In this document: in pieces, positions 1 to 10,800 of the stretch | Position numbering within the stretch: position 1 is the stretch's first letter | How the letters are laid out: every line of letters starts with the position of its first letter | Origin: Paragordius varius | Lineage: Eukaryota > Animalia > Nematomorpha | Reading direction: 5' to 3' | DNA: 64,000 nt | NCBI GenBank assembly: GCA_964247055.1 | Contig: OZ176055.1 | Location: 5,146,001 to 5,210,000 of the forward strand | The notes under the pieces: model-generated | Database searches by the model: none | What the model saw: the letters and a program-made list of their open reading frames with translations, nothing else | Told to the model about the DNA's origin: nothing | Translations under genes and position numbers: made by a program

Positions 1-690
1 ATTGGGTGGATACAAAAGAGGATAAATTTTTAGAAAAACTCTGCTTATATTTAGGATCAATAATAAAAATATGCTAAATATATAAATTCCGTGAACCCGC
101 AAAAAAATTGATTCTCGAAAATATTTTAAAATTAATAATTAAATACTAATCTTGTTTAAAATTTTCACATCCTGTTCATAAAATAATAAACGCCAAAGTG
201 CACCTGTAAAGAGTTTATATCATCATAAATTTATTTCAAATGTAATGTTGATAATCAATCTAATATGTTATATTGTATAAACATCTTCCCATTATATTTG
301 CAAATGGGCTCCAAATGAGAGTGTTTAAGGATAGAGAGTGATTTAAGGACGAATGGTATCATCAACTAAAAAGTTATTACCAGGCTCAATATTTAGAAAA
401 ATTTATAATATTAAATAAACTACGTACCTGAGTTTGAAAAACGTCAATAAATGCAGATTGTATTGTTTATCTTTTTGTGACTTATTTGATAAATTTTGGC
501 TGAAAATAACAAAAAAATTTCAGTAAAATTCTAATTGGGTGGCAAAAAATGTTACATTCATAAGCAAAAGACTTGACTTCAGTGCTTTTTATCACCGATC
601 TTCAAATTTACACTTTCTAGCTTAGGTAAACTTGCTCAACTTGCCACGCTTGACTTAGAAATCAAGTGACTCTTTTTTCACTCCCCACCT
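1..690 (+). mobile_element. MITE family A copy 1 (left part cut off by the window edge)
   Basis: Sequence from position 1 (ATTGGGTGGATACAAAAGAGGATAAAT...) matches 2660-3296 in direct orientation and 735-1392 in inverted orientation. It ends in a degenerate TIR (TTTTTTCACTCCCCACC) at about 690. Confidence 0.75.
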
Positions 691-734
691 TCCCCCCCCC
701 CCCCAAAAAAAAAATATTTTCAAAAGAAAATAAT

Positions 735-1710
735 GGGTGGGGTGATAAAAAAGTCGCACTTGACTTGTAAGTCAAGCATGGCAAGTTGAGCAAGTTTACT
801 TAAGCCAGCAACTGTACACTTGAAGATCGGTGATAAAAAAACACTTAAGTCAAGTCTTTTGCTTATGAATGTAACATTTTTTTGCCACCTGATTCGAATT
901 TTACAGAAATTATTTTGATCATTTTCAGCCATAATTTATGAAAGGAACAAAAAGATAATTAATACAATATGCATTTATTGACGTTTTTCAAAACTGGCAA
1001 GTATCCTATTTAAGATATAGAATTTTTTAAATATTGAGCCTGCTAATAATTAGATTGATACCATTCGCCCTTAAAACACTTTCCATTTTTATCACACTAC
1101 ATTTTTTTTGGAGTCCATTTGCAAATATAATGGGAATATGTTTATACTAGTCGAAATAAATTTATGATGAAATAAATTCTTTACGTTGGATAATAGTGAA
1201 GTAACCTTTTGCTTTTAATAAACGAAGATTTGAAATTTTACAAGATTAATATTTAATTATTATTTTTAAGAAATTTCCAGAATCCAATTTTTGCGGTTAC
1301 GGAATTGATATATTTAGCACATTTTTATATGCCATGTTATTAAATATTACAAAGTTTTTCAATAAATTTATCCTCTTTTGTATCCACCCAATGGATAGAT
1401 TGCCAAAATTTATCAAATTAACAATTTATAGCATTAACAAAGGTTTGAATTACATATAAAACCTAAATTTTATACATAAATAGTTTCCAGGATAATTTTA
1501 TCCATATTTTTAAATCTGTCAAGTGTGCCCTACACCACACTTGCAAAATCTATAAGTTTTACTTGATCATATGATTTTTTATCACCTCCTTATCAAGTTT
1601 TCTTGCTTTACTTAAGTCGTGTAATGTTAAATTTTTTTATCACATGAAAGCAAGCCATGACTCAAAAAACTTGTAAGTCAAGTCAAAAAGAATTTTTTAT
1701 CACCCGACCC
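735..1710 (-). mobile_element. MITE family A copy 2 (about 975 bp, GGG...CCC termini, 3-bp TSD AAT)
   Basis: TIRs are GGGTGGGGTGATAAAAAA at 735 and TTTTTTATCACCCGACCC ending at 1710. AAT lies on both sides (732-734, 1711-1713). No coding capacity. GGG termini with a 3-bp TSD suggest the PIF/Harbinger-related (PHIS) group (inference). Confidence 0.85.
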
Positions 1711-1711
1711 A

Positions 1712-3480
1712 ATATTTAGATGTGGGCTCTCAAAGGAACATTTTTTGCTATTTTAAAATGAGCTAGTCCTCTTAAAAATCCGAAAATGCCAGGATCGCGC
1801 AATGAAATTTTCAAAATGCTAAATTTTAATACCAAGTAAAAATATTTTTTAAAAAGGACCTACTTTTTTAAAAAATTTAATTTTTAGCAATTGTTGAAGC
1901 GTGCTTCATACTATTTTAAGTCATGTTGGAAACGGTTGCAAAACGCTTTAAAACATTCTAAAAACACTTTTTCTATATCATTCAATGATGATGAACCTTT
2001 CTATTTTAGAATTTTGATTAAAATATTCGTTCATTTGCAATTGTGTTTTTTAGAAAAATCACCACAATATTTAAGCAATGACCATTAAATTTAACTGGAA
2101 CGATGGAGCATCATCGAATTATACATCAAGTTTTTATAATGTAACCGTTTGCATCATGACTCAAAATTGTATTATAAATCATGCCTTTTTGAAAAATATT
2201 CTAATTTGATATCTAAATTTAGGATATATTTATAAATTTTATCACGTGATGGCATTTTTGCGTTTTTTAAATGAACCAGCCCATTTTAAAAGAGTTAAAA
2301 AATTAGAGACTTTCCATCAAAAAAATTAATTTAAAATATATTGGGTGGGGTGATAAAAAGTTTTTTTGATTTGACTTGCAACTTTTATAAGTCATGGCTT
2401 GTTTCATGTGATAAAAAAAATTTAACATTAGACGACTTAAGTCGCATGAAAACTTGATTCGGAGGTGATAAAAAATTATATGATTAAACTTATAGATTTT
2501 GCAAGTGTGGTGTAGGGTAAACTTTACAGATTTAAAAATATGGATAAATTTTTTTTGGAAACTATTTATGTATGTAATTTAGGCTTTATATGGAATTAAA
2601 ACCTTTGTTAATGATATAAATTGTTTATTTAATAAAATTTGGCGAATTAACCTATTCAAATTGGGTGGATACAAAAGAGGATAAATTTTTAGAAAAACTC
2701 TTCTAATATTTAAGAGCAATGCATAAAAATATGCTAAATTTATCAATTCCGTGAACCCGCAAAATTTGATTCTAAATTTCTCAAAATTCATAATTTAATC
2801 CTGTAAAATCTCATTTTGTTTAAATGCAAAAGGTTACTTTAAAAAATGTATAGAATTTATTTCATTATAAATTTATATTGAATGTTATTTTGATAATCAA
2901 TTAAAAATAATAATATGTTACAGTGTATAAACATCTACCCATTGTATTCAATGAACTCCCAACAAAATGAGTAGTGTGGTGAAATAATAGAGAGTGTTTT
3001 AAAGGCGAATGGTTTCATCAACTTATAATTTTTTAGCGGGCTCATATTCAGATATATTTATAATATTATATAAGATACGTGCCATTGAGTTTAAATTCAA
3101 TAAATGCATAATAGTATTAAATGTATATGTTTTTGTGCCTTATTTCATAAGTAGGCGGCAAAAAATATTACATTCATAAGCAAAAGACTCCACTTAAGTG
3201 TTTTTTATCACCTCAAGTGTCCACTTGCTAGCTTAAGTAAACTTGCTCAACATGCCACGCTTGATACAAGTCAACGACTTTTTTATCATCCCACCCATTG
3301 TTTTACCTTTTATATGTAGTTTATGAATTTCAATGATGTTTATTAAAATGAAGCCTCTAGCTTTCACCAAAAATTGTTTCAAAAAATATGCGCAAATTTT
3401 GCCATTTTCTGATATGAAGGACTTACCACAAAAGTCTATTCTAAAATCCGTAAGGGCTTATAACAAAAGTTTTATTATGA
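1712..3480. mobile_element. MITE family B copy (core 1712-2342, right arm continuing at 3297-3480), interrupted by family A insertions
   Basis: The core (GATGTGGGCTC...CCATTTTAAAAGAG) matches 59480-60105. The sequence after 3297 (GTTTTACCTTTTATATGTAG...CTAGCTTTCACC...TTTTCTGATATG) matches the long TIR arm of the complete copy at 59291-60238. Confidence 0.65.
2343..3296 (+). mobile_element. MITE family A copy 3 (about 955 bp, 3-bp TSD ATT)
   Basis: TIRs are GGGTGGGGTGATAAAAAG at 2343 and CTTTTTTATCATCCCACCC ending at 3296. ATT lies on both sides (2340-2342, 3297-3299), the reverse complement of the copy 2 TSD. Confidence 0.85.
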
Positions 3481-3786
3481 TACATTTTCCTATCAGAATA
3501 TATGTATATCATCAGGTTTTATTTGACGACACTGTGTTAGTGCAAATTTTTGCAATATAGTTTGTTATACATTTTAAATATATTTGATTCCTGGGGTCCC
3601 CAAAGACCCCAATTTAAATCGAGGAATTATTGATTGTTTTGTATCTAAGAAAGAGAATTACCTCCTTTTAGATCGCCAAATTTGGGACTAGAACCAAATC
3701 TAAAAATCAAAAAATCTTTAAAGCATTGTTTTAATTTTTAATCTGATCTATAACATATTTAAGTGATATTTTTTGGAATGAAGCAT

Positions 3787-4919
3787 TAACAATTCGATTT
3801 AAATTGGGGTATAATACCCCAGCCTAAATTTAAATTAATATTTCTAAAAAACTACTGAAGCAATTTCAATTCTATCCAAATAAAAATTATATATAAAAAT
3901 CAAAATATCCAAATAAAATTTCGTTTTGAAAAAAAAGTATCAGGTCAAACTACTTGGACCCCATTTTTTTTTATAAAAATTTTGCAAAATATCGTATTTA
4001 TTTGATTCTAACGTTAAAATTAACACTTGGATACAACACACTCATTTTAGTCCTTCGATTCAAATTGGGGTAGTTAGATACCCTAGGCCTGTTTAAAATC
4101 AAATACTTTAAAAAGTATGGAAGCAATCGAAACCAAGGCAAAATTTTGCACTTATATAACATTAATAAACCGAAATATATAAAAAATTTTATTCAAAAAT
4201 ACTTGATATTACTTATTTTGAGTTACAACTGAAAGGTAAAAATTTGGTCAACGTGACATGTGTCAAATTGTAAAATTAAAAAATAATACAAAATAAACCG
4301 CTTTTTCTATTTCTATCAATGTTAGATATAATTTATATAAAAAATAAGCTTTAATTTTACCCTTAAAATTAAGTGAAGACGATATTTTGCAAAATTTTGG
4401 TAAAATAAAAATGGCGTCTAAGTAGTTTGAGATGGAACTTTTTTTTCAAAACAAAATTTAATCAAGATATTTTGGCATATTCTTATAATATTTATCAGGA
4501 TAGAAACATAAATTTAAATTGAGACCGTTTCCTTCAGTACTTTTTTAAAAATTTTAATTTAAATTTAGTCTGGGGTATTTAGATACCCCAATTTGAATCG
4601 AAGTATTAAAGTTATTTTTTATTTTAATTACATCTAACATTGATAGAATAAAAAAAGTAGTTTATTTTATATTAAAATTAAACATGGCCAATGCACATAT
4701 GTTACGTTGACTAAATTTTTACGTTTGAGTTTTGCAAATAATTAATATGAGTATTTTAATTTTTTTTATAAATTTAGGTTTTTAATGTTATATAGGTGCA
4801 AAATTTTGCCATGTAACTTATTATATATTTTTTAAAGTATTCAATTTTAAACAGGGGGTATCCAACTACACCGATTTTAATCGAAGGACTTAAATGAATG
4901 TTTTGTATCCAGGTGTTAA
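3787..4919 (-). mobile_element. MITE family C (TTAA-targeting, CACTT...AAGTG termini), outer copy containing a second copy
   Basis: Starts TTAACAATTCGATTTAAATTGGGG and ends TGTATCCAGGTGTTAA. It is interrupted at an internal TTAA by the + strand copy at 4024-4605. Confidence 0.75.
4024..4605 (+). mobile_element. MITE family C inner copy (582 bp, TTAA TSD)
   Basis: Reads TTAA(4020-4023)-CACTTGGATACAAC...TTGAATCGAAGTA-TTAA(4606-4609). The outer copy sequence resumes exactly after the second TTAA. A TTAA TSD is the piggyBac hallmark. Confidence 0.85.
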
Positions 4920-5122
4920 GCTTTCACCAAAAATTTTATTTGATAAAATGTGCCCAAATTTTGCCCCTTTCCGATATGTAGCACTTCCTAAAAAAGAGTT
5001 GTTAAATTTTTTTTATCATTTGTAAGATCCAGAACCAAATGCACTGTGATAATTCTGTTTTTTTTCCATATATATATATATATATATATTATCAATATAT
5101 ATTTCATAGTGGATGTTAGGGT

Positions 5123-5660
5123 TAACACTTGGATACAACACATTCATTTTAGTCCTTCGATTCAAATTGGGGTAGGATCCCAAGGCCTGTTTAAAATTAA
5201 ATACTTAAGAAATATGGAAGGAATCGAAACCAATGGCAAAATTTTACACTCATTAAACATTAATAAACCGAAATATAAAAAAGATTTTATTCAAAAATAC
5301 TTGATTTTACTCATTTTAAGCTAAAACCCAAAGAAATTTTTGTCAACGTGACATGTCTGCAATAATAAAATAAAAAAATAATACAAAAAACCACTTTTTC
5401 TATTTCTATCAATGTCAAATGTAATTTAAATAAAAAATTAGCTTTAATTTTACCTTTAAAATTACAAGAAGACAAGATGCAAAAATGTAACTTTTTATTT
5501 CATAACGAAATTATATTTAGATATTTTAGCTTATTTATATAATTTATATTAGGATAGAAGCACAAATTTAAATTGGGACCGTTTCCTTCAGTATTTTTTT
5601 GATAATATTAACTTTATTTGTGTCTGGGATATTTAAACCCCAATTTGAATTGAAGTGCTA
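5123..5660 (+). mobile_element. MITE family C copy
   Basis: Reads TTAACACTTGGATACAACACATTCATTTTAGTCCTTCGATTCAAATTGGGG...CCCCAATTTGAATTGAAGTG, with the same internal sequence as 4024-4605. Confidence 0.8.
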
Positions 5661-5790
5661 AACATTTTAATTTATTTATATTAAAACAACAATGGAACTT
5701 ACACTATTTATTTGTAATTTAAAATGAAAAACACATATTTTTAGGTAACCAAAAAACAGCAGGTTACTTTTGCATTTTCAGTCTACATTT

Positions 5791-6420
5791 ATGGAAACAT
5801 TGCCTGACATTAATTTCATAGTATATGCTTTATTTATTATAGGAAAATGTCGAAAGCTACTTAAAGAAAAATAATTTAAATGTTGATCAATCAATTAAAT
5901 ATTATAATGATCTTTTTAATAGATGCAAATATTATGAAAGAAATTTAATGACCAAACGTCAAGCGTATATTTTGCTAATTTTTAGTCTTAAAATTAAAAT
6001 ACCAGATTTGGAAAATAGTATCAATGCAATAAATTGTACTTATGTATATTAATAACATAAAAATAGGCTTATTCGGAAGGTTTGTTTCAGATGTCAGATA
6101 ATATATATTGTCCCATCATGTTTAACGGCATAGAGCGTGTTTATCTTTGGCTAGGGGTATTATTTTTTATGATTTTAGGCAAATGTTATGCTGGAGTTTT
6201 CTTTGGATCAAGCAAAAAAAGAATTATTAGTTAGTATAGAGGATGCCACAAAAACACTTAAACATTTAAATTCCCAGATTGAAAAAATTAGAAATCAAAT
6301 AACCACATGTGAAGTGAGTATCCTTTAATCTATTATAAAAATTAATTATTATCCTTAACGTAAAATAAAGATATGGCACGATTATATAATTTTGACGTGA
6401 AGATCAGAATACAAAAATAA
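5791..6420 (+). CDS. VBP1: Prefoldin subunit 3 (VBP1), 6 exons, about 162 aa
   Basis: Exons 5791-5820, 5843-5964, 5986-6043, 6067-6156, 6179-6317, 6371-6420; introns 22, 21, 23, 22 and 53 nt. The spliced protein includes LFQMSDNIYC...RVYLWLGANVMLEFSLDQA...RNQITTCEVNMARLYNFDVK, matching the prefoldin-3 motifs LWLGANVMLEY and TTTEVNMARVYNWDV. The start codon is uncertain because an acceptor-like TTTTCAG lies just upstream. Confidence 0.92.
6318..6370 (+). other. U12-type (minor spliceosome) GT-AG intron, 53 nt
   Basis: 5' splice site GTATCCTTT at 6318 and branch site TCCTTAAC at 6352-6359, 11 nt before the AG ending at 6370. This junction restores the conserved EVNMARLYN frame. Confidence 0.88.
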
Positions 6421-7869
6421 TATACGTTTGAAATAAATGCTTTATCGTTTCAATTATATTAATTATATATATATTTAACAGTGGAAAAATTTTTAACAAA
6501 ATTTGTTTTTTTATTAAATAGCTCATAACCAGCATATTCATTTGCTGGAAATTTTTTTTATTGATAACCTAGTTTTGGAAATATTGAGAGAAAATCAAAA
6601 TTGGACAAAAAGTGAAAATTAGAATCAAAAAAAATAATGATAAAACTTGAGATATTATGGTTTATTATCATTTTAGCAAATGTATAAAATTTAAATTACC
6701 CTAAATTTATAAAATTAGCGTTTTTATAAAAGCTCAGATAACAAAAATCTCGTTTTTTACAAAATACAATATTTTTTTATGAAATTATATTAAAATAAAT
6801 TTTTTATATTTACTAGAAACTATTATTATCTTAACATTCCTATTTCATTCAGTATAAAAAACTTATATATATCAAAATAAAGCTAAAAAATATTGTTTCT
6901 CTTTATTTTGTCATATGGTTTTTAAGTGTAAAATATACTGTGTTATTTTGATTTCTTACATGAGGGAGTTAAATAAATTACAAAAAAGGATTTTTAGTGC
7001 AATATCAACCAAAAATTTGTACAGATCCCAGGAAAAATTTTAGTTTGTGTTAAAATAAACCTGTTCCAGAGATTTTTATAGATTGTTGGTTGATATTCCA
7101 CTACTTTTAAATATATTTTGTTAATTTTATATACTTTGATACTCCCGCTCATATATAGATTTCCAAAATGAAACAGTAAATTTTTTCACTCATAAACCAA
7201 ACAAAAAAATGAAAAAACAATATTTTTTTAGTTTTATTTTGATATTTAAGTTTTTTTTACTGAACAATGAATTTTATTAGTGAGTAATAAAAGCGTGCCG
7301 TTCGTAATTTGAAACAGTTTAAGATTTAAATTCGGAAGAATTATTAAAGATATTTATATTTTAAAAAATCTGGTTGGAATATTTTAAATGTACGCCAGTA
7401 CTTAAATTGGCCCTTTTTAATGTAAAAATATACAAAAGGTTTACATCCGCTCTTCAAAATAAATTAAATAATAATCTTATAAATAAATGTATTTACAATG
7501 ATTTTCATAAATGGTAAATTAATAAACCATACGTTGTGTATGGCTAAATTGGATATTTTTTAAATATATTACAAACATAATGTTGTAAAGTAACTAAATT
7601 TTATGTACTCATTTACTATTTTAGAGGTTAAATTAGCAACTAAAAAGTCATCTTTCTAATACTTTTAAAAAAGATGGAGCCATATTAAGTATTTCATTTT
7701 TTACATGTTTTATATCATAATGTGTCTTAGAAAACGTTTCCATTCCAATTGTTTATATAGCGTTTAAACACAAATTAAGATATTTTTTTGTTGAAACATT
7801 AAATCAAAAATAACTTTAGTATATAAATAGGATGTATTAATGAAACGGTTTGATTTATTCATAAGGGTA

Positions 7870-10800
7870 TTAATAGAACCATTTAAATAAACTTCTTCCA
7901 GTGTTAACATTTATGTTTCCCGATTGATGCATTTTCAACGCTTGAGCGATGGACGGAGTGGCTTTAGTTGGAATCAGATGGTAAGTTATTATAAACATTA
8001 AAAGTGGCTGAACAAGAAAACACATACTAAGAAGTAAGGAAGATACAACTTTTTGCCTGGTACCCACTAAAATTAGACAATAAAAATATATTACCTCATT
8101 AATAATAAAAAAGTAGGTTTTTTAAGTGGATAATCGTGAAGTTTAAAAATATTTCCATAAATAATATTTATAAATTCCATATTATGAAATAAATAGATAA
8201 AAAATTGTTTAAAATGGAGCTTCTAAAACTAAATTTATAAAAATCAAAGTCGCTGGAAATTTTTAATATGGCTTTATAACAAAAATTATTGGTCAATTTA
8301 TTTTAAATTAATATAATAAACAATATTCATCTTCAAAATGATATGTAATAAATATGTGTACTAATTTAATCTTTTATAATTATACAGAAGTTTTAAAGGT
8401 TTAAACTTCAATTTCGCTCTGAAAAATCTTTTTGCGGGTACCACTATTTGCAGACTAAAAAAAAGTTGAAATTTTCTTTTTATATAATTTATTCATTTTT
8501 ATTAATTTCATCGGCATGGGTTTTAACACCCGACACCAAATTAAACTTTGAAATGAGTAAGTCGTTACTTGCTGTTTAACACAAAGCCCATTAGTACGAG
8601 TATTGAACACTATAAAACATTAATCCAAGAATATTAGTTGCTATTAGATTATGTAGTTTTATATTGATCACTTTTAAATAAGACCAAATTGGCCTTTTCA
8701 TATAAACTGACAAAAAATAGTTTATGAAAAATATTTCTATGATTGTAGAACACATATAATAAAAAGGTAAAATATACATTTTAAAAAAATAATTAAATAA
8801 TTCACGAGACTAGACAACAAATTTTTGGGGACTCGTTCATATTTTTAAAAACTTAGTTTGGCGCCCATAGTTTTTTTGGAAGAATTGATTTTAATTTAGG
8901 TTTCAGGTATAATTATATTGCTGTTAGTTTTTTTGATTAAAGATTAGGTTAACAATGTATTTAAATTGTATATTATAGAATGTTTGAAAAGGCTTCGGTT
9001 TTTTAAAACTTGGATACAACTCATTCATTTCAGTCATCCGATTCGAATTGGGGTGTTTGGGGACCTCAAGGCTGTAAAATCAATTATTTGAAAAAATTGC
9101 AATAATTGAAACCATTGAAAAAGTTTGCGCTCATAAAAAATTGCTGAACCAAAATATAAAAAAAATTCATTTAAAAAACTACATATTATATTACTTATTT
9201 TATGGACAACCGTAAAGGTAAAAAATTGGTCATTATGACATGTGATTAGCTAAATAGAAAAATAATGCAAAGATGCTATTTAAATAGAAAATTAACTTTA
9301 ATTTTAGCGTTAGAATTAAATAAACACGATATTTTGCAAAAATGTTGTAAAATAAAAATTACGTGGAAATAGTTTGGTATGAAACTTTTTTTCCAAACTA
9401 AATTTTATTAAGATATTTTGGCTTATTTATATAATTTTAAAATAATGAAAATAAAGATAAGGTTATTATCAGTTTTTTGCCATTAACCAAAATCAAAAAT
9501 CTATTAAAATTTGGGGAAAACGCCTCAGCTAATATATCATTTGATAAATTTAATATAAATTCATTTTATTCCTTTCAAAATAATTTGATTCAAAAATTCG
9601 CAGCTTTAGAACTTATGAGATAATGCGCTTTATGTCTTAATTTCTAATTCAATATTATAAAATTATTATATTAAAGACAAACCAATATATCGCTTAAAAT
9701 TAAAGCTAAATAAAAAATATTTCTAAGTGATTCTAAGCATAAGTTATAATTATAAAACTTATGATTTTTAAACAATATATTTTGTAGAATTTCATGAGTG
9801 ATTTAGCTTCCGGACTCTGGTCCCCTAACCTATATTGCCGTCATAATAAGTCTCAAATTTATAGTCCATAATCACAAGAGTTATTATAATTTTTTTGTAC
9901 TTTAAATTGTGTGTAAACCTTTAATACTGCCAAAATTAATATTTAATTCCGCTGATGCTCATTCATAGTAATTTCAGAATATTTTATGAAAATTAGAACA
10001 GTTAATCGCAAAATCGTAAATATTGATAATTTTTTTATATCTAATAATTCTGATATATTAGGGGCTTCAATTAAAATATAAAACATATATAGATATAAAT
10101 CTTTATCCTGAGTAAAAAATTTAGCTCTAAATATGGTGAAATGATGTTGGCTAAAAGCAAAAAGTATTTTTTTTCAGTATTTTAACCGCTTTTGATATTA
10201 ACTATGCTAAAGCTTTTGGCTAAAAAATAAGAGGCAGTATATTAACCACATCTTTTGTAGCCAATGTAGCATTATACAGTGTTAGAGGCGTTAAATATTA
10301 TTAAAAAATATTAATCTATATAGAAAGTATAAGTCAATATAATCAATTTGAATTGAAATTAGGCAAATTTTTCCATAAACAGATGGTAAATTAAAATTAT
10401 CGTCTAGTAATTTAAACAATAACTTTTAATTTTGTGTATCCTTTAAAAATATTATATATCACACATATACTATTGAAAATAATTATAAGTAGACAAAAAT
10501 CTAGATAAATATTTCAATTTTTAAATCACGTACAATTTATCTAGAATAGATATAAACTTTATAGCATATATACCCGCAAAAAGCTTTATAAGTAAAAATA
10601 ATTGTATATTTTTGTGATAATTTTCTCGAAAGGAGCGAATGGTTTAAAATTATCCTTCTCGTAATAAAAGTTTTTTTCCTATCTATAATTAATTTTCAGG
10701 GTTTCGAACTGGAACCAGATGGAACCGGTGTCCGATTCCTGAGATTTCGGCAGGAACCGATTCAGTTTGGGGTGGAACCATGGTTGCGATTCCACTTCCT

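Noticed and set aside
720-3560. Short ORFs 720-932, 1891-2088, 2579-2791 and 3333-3560
   Set aside because: They lie wholly within MITE families A and B, are not preserved between copies and show no protein motifs.
8591-8779. Hydrophobic 62-aa ORF in the last YIF1 intron
   Set aside because: It does not match any missing part of YIF1 and I found no consistent splice sites. Hydrophobic residues are expected from T-rich sequence.
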